A stretch of 64,000 nt of DNA from Candidatus Saccharimonadales bacterium (GCA_038245195.1 JBBRSU010000001.1:192121-256120), one strand, 5' to 3'; counted from the first letter of the stretch, positions 25,568-35,181 are shown. The notes: generated from the sequence alone by a model not told the origin. Translations and numbers: made by a program.

Positions 25568-27364
25568 TTAGTGTTCGTTGGTAACTCTCATTATTTCTTC
25601 AAGAGTAGTTTGGCCTTGCAAGGCTTTAACCAAACCATCGGTTTGCATAGTAACCATGCCTTCTTTAATGGCTTCCATCTGTATTTGGTCGCTGGTAGAG
25701 CCACTAATAATATGTTTTTGAATTGATTGAGTGATAGGCAGTACCTCATAAATTCCCAGCCGACCCTTGAACGAGGTGGCACCGGCTTCGCCTTTCATGC
25801 GCCAAAGTTTATTCATGGTACTGCCATTGGTTGAGGGTTCGGCGTGAGCAATCGCCTGTGTGCTGTTAAGCACATTTTCCATACCAGCCTGAATAAATTG
25901 CATCTCCAGTTTATGAATCCGAGCCATGTCATCAGGAGCGTTTAGGGAAAAAGCGGTTCGAATTCGTTTGATCGTCGGCTCGTCAGGGTGAAAAATTTCA
26001 GTGCTTTCTGGAACCAATTTACGGACTAAACGTTGGGCTACCACCGCTCTAACTGTGCTGGCAATCAAAAATGGCTCGATTCCCATATCTAGTAAGCGCG
26101 GCAGGCTGGTTGCGGCATTGTTGGTGTGCAGGGTTGAGAACACTAAGTGGCCAGTTAGGGCGGCCTGTACCGCCAAGTTTGCCGTTTCAGAATCGCGAAT
26201 CTCGCCAACCATAATAATATTGGGGTCCTGGCGTAGTAGAGCCCGCAACCCATTGGCGAAGCTCATGCCGGCAACGGGGTTCACCTGGACCTGGTTAACG
26301 CCCGGAATTTTATACTCTACCGGGTCCTCGACAGTACTTATATTTACAGACGGTAAATTTAAGCGACTTAAAATACTAAACAAGCTGGTACTTTTACCAG
26401 AACCAGTTGGGCCGGTGAATAAAATCATGCCATGCGGGCTGGTGATGGCGTGTTCGAGATACTCTAGATTTGACCCCCAAAAGCCCAACTCGCGTAGAGT
26501 ATTCGGTTTACTAGATTCGTTCAAAATACGCATAACTACCTTTTCGCCATCGGCAATTGGCAGAGTACTAACACGCAGGGCGTACTCGCCGGACCCCAGG
26601 GTTACTTTAAATCGCCCGTCTTGGGGTGCACGACGCTCATCAATTTTTAAATTCGAGAGAATTTTAATACGACTAACCAGCGCGGCGATGATTTTCTTAG
26701 GCAAGCGGTTAGTTTCTCGTAATTGGCCGTCAATTCGGTAACGAATTGCTACAAATTCTTCGCGCGGCTCGATATGGATGTCGCTAGCGCCTTGTTTGAT
26801 GGCGTATTCAATTAGTAGGTTCACGGTTTTGGCGACTGGACTGTCTTCGGCGACATCAGCTTCAGATACCTCTTCTTCGCTTGGAGTGCCATCACCTTCA
26901 GCAATTACTTCAGTTAATTCCGAGCCGATATTACTACGATATTGGTCAATCGCCGCTAGAATATTCGAGCGAGTGGCAATATAGACTTTAATATTCGAGC
27001 CCAACTGTTTCTGCAAAAAGCTAAAAGCCTGGACATCGTCAGGGTCCTCCATAGCCAGCCGGCGGGTTCCATTAGGCTCTATATCAAACAGAATGGCATT
27101 GTATTGCCTGGCAATATGCTCAGGGATTTGGCCAAAGACTTCTTTTCGCAAATTTTTTGGTACCAACTCAACAAACGGCACATCGATTTTGGAGGCATAG
27201 AGTTTAGTTAAGTCAGCTTCTGGTAAAACATTGTTTTTAATAACAATATCTTGGAGTGGTTTTTTCTCGGTCTTTTGCTGTTCGAGTAAGCTATGAAGTT
27301 GCTCATCATTAACTTTACGGCTTTCTTTGAGCAATCTTATAACTAGAGCGTCGCTAATCCGCAT
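25568..27364 (-). CDS. pilB: type IV pilus assembly ATPase PilB (GspE family)
   Basis: Walker A GPTGSGKSTSL, Asp/His boxes and an N-terminal T2SSE_N-like domain. Confidence 0.92.
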   Translation of the reverse strand: MRISDALVIRLLKESRKVNDEQLHSLLEQQKTEKKPLQDIVIKNNVLPEADLTKLYASKIDVPFVELVPKNLRKEVFGQIPEHIARQYNAILFDIEPNGTRRLAMEDPDDVQAFSFLQKQLGSNIKVYIATRSNILAAIDQYRSNIGSELTEVIAEGDGTPSEEEVSEADVAEDSPVAKTVNLLIEYAIKQGASDIHIEPREEFVAIRYRIDGQLRETNRLPKKIIAALVSRIKILSNLKIDERRAPQDGRFKVTLGSGEYALRVSTLPIADGEKVVMRILNESSKPNTLRELGFWGSNLEYLEHAITSPHGMILFTGPTGSGKSTSLFSILSRLNLPSVNISTVEDPVEYKIPGVNQVQVNPVAGMSFANGLRALLRQDPNIIMVGEIRDSETANLAVQAALTGHLVFSTLHTNNAATSLPRLLDMGIEPFLIASTVRAVVAQRLVRKLVPESTEIFHPDEPTIKRIRTAFSLNAPDDMARIHKLEMQFIQAGMENVLNSTQAIAHAEPSTNGSTMNKLWRMKGEAGATSFKGRLGIYEVLPITQSIQKHIISGSTSDQIQMEAIKEGMVTMQTDGLVKALQGQTTLEEIMRVTNEH

Positions 27365-27465
27365 ATGCTTAGTATAATCGAAGTCGACTTTTTAAGCTCC
27401 AGCAATTTTTAAACAGTTATTATTGATATAATATAATTAGCAAATTAGGGATTTTGGAGGACAAA

Positions 27466-28485
27466 ATGGCAGACAAGAAAGTTAAAGACGCCCCGGCACT
27501 CAGTGGTAAAAGCCAAGCACTACAGTTGGCGGTAGATCAAATAGAAAAACAATTTGGCAGGGGCTCAATTATGCGTTTGGGCGAATCAACCACAACCGAC
27601 GTCGAAACTATTCCAAGCGGCTCAATTAGCCTCGATTTAGCATTAGGCGGTGGTATACCCAAAGGCCGGATTGTAGAAATTTATGGCCCGGAAAGTTCCG
27701 GTAAAACCACGGTTTGTTTACACGCCGTAGCCGAAGTTCAAAAATCCGGGGGCACGGCCGCTTATATTGATGCCGAACACGCTTTAGATCCGGCTTACGC
27801 CAAACGCTTGGGAGTTGATACCGACAAGCTTTTAATTAGCCAACCCGATAGTGGTGAGCAAGCTTTAGAAATCCTAGAAACTTTGGTTCGCTCTAACGCG
27901 GTTGATATCGTCGTAATAGACTCAGTGGCGGCTTTGGTGCCCCAAGCCGAAATCGAAGGCGACATGGGCGACGCTCACATGGGTCTCCAGGCCCGTTTAA
28001 TGAGCCAGGCCTTACGTAAACTAACAGCAGTAATTAATCGCTCAAAAACTACTGTTATTTTTGTTAATCAATTACGCATGAAGATTGGCGTGATGTTTGG
28101 TAACCCCGAGACAACCACCGGCGGAAATGCTCTAAAATTTTACGCTTCGGTGCGGATGGATATCCGCCGGCAGGCTCAAATAAAGCAGGCTGATGTAGTG
28201 ATTGGTAATCATGTTCGAGTTAAAGTTGTCAAAAACAAGGTTGCTCCCCCCTTCCGAGAAGCCGAATTCGATATTATGTACAACCAAGGCATTAGTCGCG
28301 AGGGCGATGTAATCGATTTGGCCGTTACCTACGAAGTAGTTGATAAAGCCGGCGCTTGGTATGAATACAAAGGCGAAAAAATTGCCCAAGGCCGTGAAGC
28401 CGCCAAAAAATTCTTGGCCGAAAACCCCAAAGCTTTTGATGAAATCGCCAAGGCCACCGTCGCAGCTGCTAATAAACCCGAGTAA
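27466..28485 (+). CDS. recA: recombinase RecA
   Basis: SD GGAGG upstream of the ATG at 27466. [10 protein letters not shown] and ALKFYASVR. Confidence 0.97.
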   Translation: MADKKVKDAPALSGKSQALQLAVDQIEKQFGRGSIMRLGESTTTDVETIPSGSISLDLALGGGIPKGRIVEIYGPESSGKTTVCLHAVAEVQKSGGTAAYIDAEHALDPAYAKRLGVDTDKLLISQPDSGEQALEILETLVRSNAVDIVVIDSVAALVPQAEIEGDMGDAHMGLQARLMSQALRKLTAVINRSKTTVIFVNQLRMKIGVMFGNPETTTGGNALKFYASVRMDIRRQAQIKQADVVIGNHVRVKVVKNKVAPPFREAEFDIMYNQGISREGDVIDLAVTYEVVDKAGAWYEYKGEKIAQGREAAKKFLAENPKAFDEIAKATVAAANKPE

Positions 28486-28494
28486 ACTAAGCTC

Positions 28495-28950
28495 ATGACC
28501 GGACTCAATCATGTAGCGACAGGTGCGTTAGTTGCAGCGACTTTTAACAAGCCTTTAATCTCAATACCTGCGGCTCTGCTCAGCCATTTTGTTGCCGATG
28601 CTATTCCCCATTGGGACTACAAATTAAAACCGCACATTGCCCGACGCCAGGTAGTTATGCTGGCCGATCTGGTTCTCAGCCTAGCGCTTTTGCTTATCTT
28701 AGCTCTAACAGTAGACGCTAATCCGTATCTGGTAATTGCCGGCGGGTTGCTTGGGATATTGCCGGATACGATGTGGCTGAGGTTCTTCATTACCGGCCGG
28801 CCGGCAATTACGGGCAATCCTAAACGTTATATAAATCGACTCAGGCAATTCCATCACTGGATTCAATGGAGCGAAACAGCTAAAGGATTTTTTGTTGAAT
28901 TACTTTGGTTCCCGCTAATTGTGTGGCTGATTTACCAAGTCCACCATTAA
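28495..28950 (+). CDS. membrane protein, possibly YdjM/DUF457-like metal-dependent hydrolase
   Basis: LNHVATGALVA, HFVADAIPHWD and GILPDTMW. Lies between recA and recX. Confidence 0.35.
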   Translation: MTGLNHVATGALVAATFNKPLISIPAALLSHFVADAIPHWDYKLKPHIARRQVVMLADLVLSLALLLILALTVDANPYLVIAGGLLGILPDTMWLRFFITGRPAITGNPKRYINRLRQFHHWIQWSETAKGFFVELLWFPLIVWLIYQVHH

Positions 28951-28954
28951 GACT

Positions 28955-29572
28955 ATGAAAATTACTGCTATAAAGGTCCAGGTTAAAAACCCAGAGCGAG
29001 TCAGTATTTTCGTCGATAGTAAATACGAATTTTCATTGACCTTAGATGAGCTAATCAAACATAAGTTAAACAATCATGATGAATTAGATGTGTCGGCAGT
29101 CAAGAAATATAAAAAAATTTCGGCTGACGGGAAACTTCGGGCCAGAGCACTAGAGTGGCTAATTAACCGGCCGCACTCTGAGCACGAATTCCGTGATTAT
29201 TTGTATCGTAAAAAAGCCGAAACCGATCAAATCGACGGGCTTGTAGAAGAGTTTACTAATAAAGGCTATCTAAATAACGTCAAATTCGCTATTTGGTTTG
29301 CCGAACTCCAAGCTCGTCGTAATAAAAGCGACCGCCAAATTAAAGCCGAATTATATAAGAAGGGGGTCATCCGGGAAGTGGTAGACGAAACATTGCAGCA
29401 GGGAAGTGTTGATGAGCATGAAAGATTAATACAATTGATTCAAAAAAAGGCCCAACTTAGTCGTTATAAAAATGATCCTCAAAAATTAATGCAGTTTCTG
29501 GTTGGCCAAGGCTATAGCTGGCAGCTTGTAAAAGATACCATCGCTAATAACCCAGAGTATAAAAATACTTAA
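28955..29572 (+). CDS. recX: recombination regulator RecX
   Basis: Three-repeat helical protein located after recA. ARALEWL and EF..YL motifs. Confidence 0.8.
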   Translation: MKITAIKVQVKNPERVSIFVDSKYEFSLTLDELIKHKLNNHDELDVSAVKKYKKISADGKLRARALEWLINRPHSEHEFRDYLYRKKAETDQIDGLVEEFTNKGYLNNVKFAIWFAELQARRNKSDRQIKAELYKKGVIREVVDETLQQGSVDEHERLIQLIQKKAQLSRYKNDPQKLMQFLVGQGYSWQLVKDTIANNPEYKNT

Positions 29573-29586
29573 CAAGTTAAGTATTT
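29563..29586. repeat. palindrome family copy R (AAATACTTAAC-AA-GTTAAGTATTT); bidirectional terminator
   Basis: Overlaps the recX stop codon. Sits between convergent genes. Confidence 0.8.
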
Positions 29587-30106
29587 AAGCCGAAGCCACG
29601 GCGCCGGATAGTTCTTCAACATTTGCATTAATTTCGGTGCCCCGAACCAGAATATATCTATCGGTTACTTCCAAGATTTGGTCTCGGTCAATAATTAAGG
29701 TATCTTCGGAGCTGAAGATCTTGTGTAACGGCCTGGCGACATACAATTTTTGGACAAAAAAGCCGTCGTTATAACTAAAATCGCTCACCCTGCCCAATCT
29801 TTGGTGTTTTGTTCTAACCTGCTTATCAATTAACTGAAACTGAATTTCCAGAATTTCTTTATGCCGGACTAGATCCGCAGGATCGCTCAAGGCATCTTCG
29901 TCATTTACAGCCAGACCATTGGGCATGGTTTCGCGAACATCCTCGGCCAGCAACACTTGTTTCCGGCCGTTGGCACCAAGACACCACCAGCCCATTATTT
30001 TTAAATTATGAGGGTTAATTAAAGGAGTGTTAGCTATAGCTATCTGGTTTCCTGCCCGCAAACTCATAACTGGCTGGTTAATTAAGGACCCACTCAACTT
30101 CAACAT
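29585..30106 (-). CDS. PRC-barrel domain protein
   Basis: INQPVMSLRAGNQIA and VSDFSYNDGFFVQKLYV, consistent with two PRC-barrel-like halves. Confidence 0.55.
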   Translation of the reverse strand: MLKLSGSLINQPVMSLRAGNQIAIANTPLINPHNLKIMGWWCLGANGRKQVLLAEDVRETMPNGLAVNDEDALSDPADLVRHKEILEIQFQLIDKQVRTKHQRLGRVSDFSYNDGFFVQKLYVARPLHKIFSSEDTLIIDRDQILEVTDRYILVRGTEINANVEELSGAVASA

Positions 30107-30185
30107 ACTTGTTCATAGTATAATCCCGAAAAATTCAATTCGCTACTGCTTGCATAAACTTATTTTTGACCGATAATTGAATTAG

Positions 30186-31550
30186 ATGAGGAAATATTTT
30201 ATAAATATATTTCTTATGCTTTTGGGGGTTATATTGCCTTTCAAGTCGGTTTTGTCGGCCACTACTCCCCCGGTCCCAGCTGTGCCCCTAACTCTGGCCG
30301 TTTCCGAAATAAAAGTTACTGGTGATGAGTTTATAATTCTGCGTAACAATACTGGCAAAGACATAGCCGACCTTAGCGGTTATTGGCTAGATGATTTCAA
30401 TAGTAACCAACCGCTCGGCTCTGGTGTTAGTCGTTCTACTCAACAACTTCCGGCTACTAAGTTAGCCAATGGCCAAACCGTTTTGCTAAGTTCCAGCGGC
30501 ATGGCGGTTTGCGGTGCGGCAGTAGTTTCAAAACTTTCGGTTAGCTTAACCGATTCAGCCGGTTTTTTACAGGTCGTTCAAATATCACAGACTTCACTTG
30601 GTGTCATGCAGGTTCCGGTTGATTATGTATCTTGGAGCTCGGGCGCCGACTCGATAATTTCTAATTTGCCATCCACTACCAAAGACCCTAAAGCGGCTTA
30701 CTATAGATACGCCAATAGCACTGGTTACGCCTGGCAGTTAGCTGATCTAGATACGACTAACCCATGTCAGTTGAACGTCGCCGGTGGAGCCACAGTTAGC
30801 ACCGGTCTAACTCAGCCAATTTCGCCGGTGCCTAGCGTAGTTGGGATTAGTGGCAACAATAGTCTAAATATTCCCTCCGACGATGTCGGTTTGGCGGCCC
30901 CCCAAATTTCAGAAGTTCTGCCCAACCCGGCCTCGCCTCAAATTGATGCCGACGATGAATTTATCGAACTATATAACTCCAACAACAATAGCTTTAATCT
31001 GAGCGGTTTTATTTTGCAGGTTGGCACTACAACTGTTCATAAATATAGCTTCCCAGATGGTACTCACATGGATCCACACCAGTTTATGGCTTTTTACTCT
31101 TCAGATACTGGCTTGAGTTTGAGCAATACCGACGGACAAGTTAAATTGCTAGAACCCGGTGGGAATGTCTTGGGTCAGACCGATGAATATACCTCAGCTA
31201 AAGACGGCTACGCCTGGGTACCGGCCGACGGGCTGTGGCAATGGACCACCACACCAACCGCCAACGCCGCCAACATCATTACAACCCCACCGCTCAGCAA
31301 ATCAGCTGTCAAGTCTGCCACTACAACCAAATCCGCAAAATCAAGCAAAGCCAAAACTAAGGCAACGCCCATAAAAACGTCATCAAATAGCTTTTCCAGC
31401 GGAACTCCAGCTAGCAGCCTGCACCCGGCGATACTTGCCGGCATAGGCTCCTTAGCCGTAATATATGCCCTGTATGAGTACCGAAATGATTTGGCAAACC
31501 AACTCTACAAGTTCCGCAGAAACCGAGATTCTCGGCGAATTGCTGGGTAG
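30186..31550 (+). CDS. secreted, C-terminally anchored protein with two lamin-tail domains (LTD)
   Basis: Signal peptide, two LTD signatures (SEIKVTGDEFIILRNNTG and ISEVLPNP...DEFIELYNSNN), a Ser/Thr/Lys-rich stalk and a C-terminal TM helix. Confidence 0.7.
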   Translation: MRKYFINIFLMLLGVILPFKSVLSATTPPVPAVPLTLAVSEIKVTGDEFIILRNNTGKDIADLSGYWLDDFNSNQPLGSGVSRSTQQLPATKLANGQTVLLSSSGMAVCGAAVVSKLSVSLTDSAGFLQVVQISQTSLGVMQVPVDYVSWSSGADSIISNLPSTTKDPKAAYYRYANSTGYAWQLADLDTTNPCQLNVAGGATVSTGLTQPISPVPSVVGISGNNSLNIPSDDVGLAAPQISEVLPNPASPQIDADDEFIELYNSNNNSFNLSGFILQVGTTTVHKYSFPDGTHMDPHQFMAFYSSDTGLSLSNTDGQVKLLEPGGNVLGQTDEYTSAKDGYAWVPADGLWQWTTTPTANAANIITTPPLSKSAVKSATTTKSAKSSKAKTKATPIKTSSNSFSSGTPASSLHPAILAGIGSLAVIYALYEYRNDLANQLYKFRRNRDSRRIAG

Positions 31551-31968
31551 TCAGCTATCTGGTGGTGAGGTAATCGAACTGCGTTCCGATTTGGGTGGTG
31601 GTAAAACTACTTTCGTTACCGGTCTGGTTCGTGGTACCGGCAGCCAAGATCGAGTGTCTAGTCCAACCTTTACCCTCAACCGAATCTATAAAGCTAAAAA
31701 GTTTGATATCTATCATTATGATTTTTACAGGTTAAGCGAGCCGGGTATTCTAGAAGAACAGCTGGCCGAAGCTCAAACTCATAAACATGTTGTGGTGGTT
31801 GAGTGGGCCGGTATTGTCAAACAAACTCTTGCGAATAATCGAATTCTAATTGAATTTCAGCCGGTAGCCCAGAATCCCGATGTGCGACAAATTACTTTTA
31901 GATATCCGGACTCAAAACGAGCGATTATAACTTATTTAGAAACAAAATTTTCAGAGTTAAAGCCATGA
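31465..31968 (+). CDS. tsaE: tRNA t6A37 biosynthesis ATPase TsaE
   Basis: P-loop SDLGGGKTTF. Start uncertain (ATGs at 31465, 31474 and 31486, all overlapping the upstream gene). Confidence 0.8.
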   Translation: MPCMSTEMIWQTNSTSSAETEILGELLGSQLSGGEVIELRSDLGGGKTTFVTGLVRGTGSQDRVSSPTFTLNRIYKAKKFDIYHYDFYRLSEPGILEEQLAEAQTHKHVVVVEWAGIVKQTLANNRILIEFQPVAQNPDVRQITFRYPDSKRAIITYLETKFSELKP

Positions 31969-32357
31969 TAATCCTAGCCATAAGAACTGATAAACCTCAA
32001 GCCGAACTGTACATATATGATGATCACAGAAAACTGTCTGAGATAAAATGGGAAGCGCACTTAAAGTTGGCTGAAACTCTAAATGCCAAGATTAAAGAAA
32101 TACTTGATAGCTCAAGTATTTCATATGATGATCTTGAGGGCATTGCTGTATTTAGGGGTCCGGGTAGTTTTACTGGCTTGCGGATTGGAATCAGCGTGGC
32201 TAACGCCCTGGCCTATGCTCAAAATATACCGATTATCGCTAGAGGTGGCTCGGACTGGTTAGACCAAGTTATCAAGGATATGGCCCTTGGTAAAAACCAC
32301 AAAATTGCCCAGCCTGAATACGGTGCACTCCCTCATATCACCAAACCCCGCAAGTAG
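31965..32357 (+). CDS. tsaB: TsaB-like protein (short, N-terminal domain only)
   Basis: GPGSFTGLRIGISVANALA. 130 aa, compared with about 230 aa typically. Confidence 0.75.
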   Translation: MIILAIRTDKPQAELYIYDDHRKLSEIKWEAHLKLAETLNAKIKEILDSSSISYDDLEGIAVFRGPGSFTGLRIGISVANALAYAQNIPIIARGGSDWLDQVIKDMALGKNHKIAQPEYGALPHITKPRK

Positions 32358-32534
32358 TCCCAGACCTTAGATTATGATATTATTTAGGTGGATTTTGATG
32401 CAAGTTTTGGGATAAATCCGGTTAAATTTTACTAACATCTGAAAACCTAAACTGTTTGATACTTGCCTGATAATGAAGTGATAGTGATTCTGGCAGTCTA
32501 ACAGCCATAAGGTCTTCTGAAAGAGGAGGACGAC

Positions 32535-34049
32535 ATGATAATAGTTACTATTGTGCTAGCAATAGTTGGTGTTTTAGTTGGCGGAGGCGGCGGTGTAGCA
32601 GTTACTCGACGTCAGCAAAGCAAACTGGCCGACGAATCAAAAAAAGAATTACAAAAAGCCAAAAAAGAAGCCGCCGAGACTATTCGCAAAGCTGAGGAAG
32701 ACGCCGCTAGGCGGATTGAGGAAGTCCGCAAAGACGAGCAGAAGCGCCGAGGCGAGCTTAAAGACATCGAGCAACGGTTAATTAACCGAGAAGACAGTTT
32801 TGATAAAAAACTCGATGATTTAGATAAGCGCTCCGAAAACCTGCGAAAGGCTGAGGCCGAAGTAGAGGACTTAAAAAACGAGATTCGAGATATTCGCACC
32901 AAACAACAAGATAAGCTTGAAAAAATTGCCAAACTCAGCAAAGTCGATGCCGCTGAAAAACTAATGCAAATGACCGAGCGCGATATTAAGAACGACCTAC
33001 TAGGCCTAATTAATAAAGCTCAAAACGACGCTAGGGAAAACGCCGAAGAACAGGCCTCACTAATCTTGGTAACTACTATGGAGCGCATGGCCAGTGAAGT
33101 GACCTCAGAGCGAACCGTAACTGCCGTAAAACTGGAAGACGAAGAGATGAAAGGTCGGATTATTGGTAAGGAAGGCCGTAACATTCAATCCCTCCAACGA
33201 GCCACTGGCGTGGACATTCTGGTAGATGAAACACCCGGGATGATTATTCTATCCAGTTTTGACCCGGTGCGTCGTGAAGTCGCCCGCCAAGCCATGGAGA
33301 TGTTACTCAAAGATGGACGTGTTCACCCCGGCCGAATTGAAGAAGTCGTTGAAAAAGCCCAAAAACAAGTTCAAAAGGATGTTATTCGGGCCGGCGAAGA
33401 CGCTGCCCGAGAAGTTGGAATTGTCGGTGTGCCAAAAGAGATCCTACAGCTTATGGGTGAGCTAAAGTACCGCACTAGCTATGGTCAAAATGTTTTGAAG
33501 CACTCCACTGAAATGGCTCAGCTAGCCGGAGTGCTAGCCGAAGAACTTGGTGCGAACGTAAAAGTTGCCAAGTATGCTGCCTTGACCCACGACATGGGCA
33601 AGGCTTTAACGCATAAAGTCGAAGGCAAGCATCACCATATTACAGGCGAAATGCTCCGTAAATACGGAGCACCCGAAGAGGTAGCCTTAGCTGCTGAGCA
33701 ACACCACGATGATGTTGACGCCACTTCTATAGAAGCCGTGATTGTTCGGGTTGTGGATGCCATTAGCAGTGCCCGGCCAGGGGCTCGTAACATTAGTGCC
33801 GAAAACTTCGCCGAGCGCATGAAAGAATTAGAAAACACTGCCTTAGGCTTTGACGGGATCGAGAAGGCTTACGCCATTAGTGCCGGCCGTGAAGTTAGGG
33901 TGTTTGTTCAGCCCAAAGCCATCGACGATCTATCAGCTATTCGGCTGGCCCGCGATATTGCCAATAAGATTGAATCTACCATGCAGTATCCCGGAACAAT
34001 CAAGGTGAATGTTATCCGTGAAACCCGTGCCATCGAATTCGCTAAATAA
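32535..34049 (+). CDS. rny: ribonuclease Y
   Basis: N-terminal TM helix, coiled coil, KH domain (GRIIGKEGRNIQ) and HD domain (LTHDMGK). Confidence 0.95.
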   Translation: MIIVTIVLAIVGVLVGGGGGVAVTRRQQSKLADESKKELQKAKKEAAETIRKAEEDAARRIEEVRKDEQKRRGELKDIEQRLINREDSFDKKLDDLDKRSENLRKAEAEVEDLKNEIRDIRTKQQDKLEKIAKLSKVDAAEKLMQMTERDIKNDLLGLINKAQNDARENAEEQASLILVTTMERMASEVTSERTVTAVKLEDEEMKGRIIGKEGRNIQSLQRATGVDILVDETPGMIILSSFDPVRREVARQAMEMLLKDGRVHPGRIEEVVEKAQKQVQKDVIRAGEDAAREVGIVGVPKEILQLMGELKYRTSYGQNVLKHSTEMAQLAGVLAEELGANVKVAKYAALTHDMGKALTHKVEGKHHHITGEMLRKYGAPEEVALAAEQHHDDVDATSIEAVIVRVVDAISSARPGARNISAENFAERMKELENTALGFDGIEKAYAISAGREVRVFVQPKAIDDLSAIRLARDIANKIESTMQYPGTIKVNVIRETRAIEFAK

Positions 34050-34076
34050 AAAATACTTAACAAGTTAAGTATTTTT
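34049..34076. repeat. palindrome family copy Y (AAAAATACTTAAC-AA-GTTAAGTATTTTT); bidirectional terminator
   Basis: 13-bp arms, starting at the last base of the rny stop codon. Confidence 0.85.
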
Positions 34077-34078
34077 CG

Positions 34079-34160
34079 TGGTCGGGGTGAGAGGACTCGA
34101 GTTATTTTGCTCCTGCCCAAAATGCAAGCATTGGGCGAGGCGGCCAAGCAAGGAAAACTC
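34079..34160 (-). pseudogene. decayed tRNA-Pro copy (3' 22 nt intact, body degenerate)
   Basis: TGGTCGGGGTGAGAGGACTCGA is identical to 34248-34269. A TTTGGG anticodon-loop-like remnant is present, but no 5' acceptor strand. Confidence 0.5.
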
Positions 34161-34213
34161 AAACAGTCGTCGACTGTTCTCGCCTATCGGTTCTCGTTCT
34201 AACCCAAGCAATG

Positions 34214-34239
34214 AAAAACGTCCCACCAACAGGTGAGAC
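34214..34239 (-). terminator. intrinsic terminator of tRNA-Pro(TGG)
   Basis: Minus-strand reading GTCTCACC-TGTT-GGTGGGAC followed by GTTTTT. Confidence 0.7.
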
Positions 34240-34247
34240 GATTTTCA

Positions 34248-34324
34248 TGGTCGGGGTGAGAGGACTCGAACCTCCGACCCCCGCGTCCCAAACGCGGTGC
34301 GCTAGCCAACTGCGCTACACCCCG
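34248..34324 (-). tRNA. tRNA-Pro (TGG), CCA encoded
   Basis: CGGGGTG...CCGCG-TTTGGGA-CGCGG...CACCCCG-A-CCA. Confidence 0.92.
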
Positions 34325-34371
34325 GACTATGAACAGATTAAATTATAGCAAAAAACAGGGGTAGGTTATAG

Positions 34372-35181
34372 CTATTTTTTATTTCGGGCTTGGTGGTAAA
34401 GTACGGCTGTAAATATTGCATTGGCAACTTTAAAGCCTACCAAGCTAGATGCACCCAGTACAATGCTGACCACCCAGCCGACATTGCTAGCAGTTTGGCT
34501 CCTAAAAAAACCATGTTGAATCAGTTTTGGGGCAACAAAAATTAGAAAAACTAATAAGTACATGCTAATCTTTAGGACTAAACTCTCTCGCCAAGACTTA
34601 CCAAGAGTATCGATAGAAACCCTAACAGTCTCGCCCATCTTTTTGTTGGTTGTCAGTATGGCCGGGGCCGCCTGGGCCATGTGCATAGTTAGCGAGCTAC
34701 CCAACACTCCCAGCCAACCTCCGGGTAACTTTCGTCGCTGAGCATAGACGCTGAGCGGGAAGAAAAAAACCGAAATAATCGCAAAACGGGTAACTCGGAC
34801 AAAGTTTTTGCCAACTCGGGCTAATCCGTAAAATGGTTTTACGTCCCGGCCTTCTAGCTTGGCGATAACGCTGATTGACACGGCACAAGTAAAGTAAGCA
34901 GCTACTAGGGCACTGTAAAACGCCCAAAAACCAACTAAGCCTAAAACGGTATGGGCTTTGTTTGGGATATATGCACCAGTTTCCGAAAAGACTCGGCGGT
35001 ACCAACTAGCAAACAAGGTCGAGCTAACCAACGGGAAAGTAATTGATATAAAGACCGCGGCTATATAGGGGTAAGTAGCTATTTCTGGATGATTTTTAAG
35101 CACTCGAACAGTATCCTTTAGAACTATTAAAGCTCCACGGATGGACTCCAAGACAGAGCTAGGAAATTGCTTAAGCGACAT
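34372..35181 (-). CDS. polytopic membrane protein, unknown function
   Basis: 269 aa with at least six hydrophobic helices. Confidence 0.5.
   Translation of the reverse strand: MSLKQFPSSVLESIRGALIVLKDTVRVLKNHPEIATYPYIAAVFISITFPLVSSTLFASWYRRVFSETGAYIPNKAHTVLGLVGFWAFYSALVAAYFTCAVSISVIAKLEGRDVKPFYGLARVGKNFVRVTRFAIISVFFFPLSVYAQRRKLPGGWLGVLGSSLTMHMAQAAPAILTTNKKMGETVRVSIDTLGKSWRESLVLKISMYLLVFLIFVAPKLIQHGFFRSQTASNVGWVVSIVLGASSLVGFKVANAIFTAVLYHQARNKK

Noticed and set aside
26001-26741. 246-aa plus-strand ORF within pilB
   Set aside because: Antisense shadow of the GspE ATPase gene. No motifs.
32358-32534. Long-range 8-bp complementarity (AGACCTTA/TAAGGTCT) enclosing the rny 5' UTR
   Set aside because: A single 8-mer pairing within about 170 nt is reasonably likely by chance, and there is no supporting covariation.
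32612-32941. 109-aa minus-strand ORF within rny; similarly 45956-46402 and 45625-45873 within murA
   Set aside because: Antisense shadow ORFs of confidently called genes. The rny case mirrors the Lys/Glu-rich coiled coil.
34101-34247. tmRNA or another tRNA-like RNA between the two tRNA-Pro 3'-end repeats
   Set aside because: No 5' acceptor partner (CGGGGTG), no resume-codon or tag ORF, and the segment is far too short. A decayed tRNA copy or att scar fits better.
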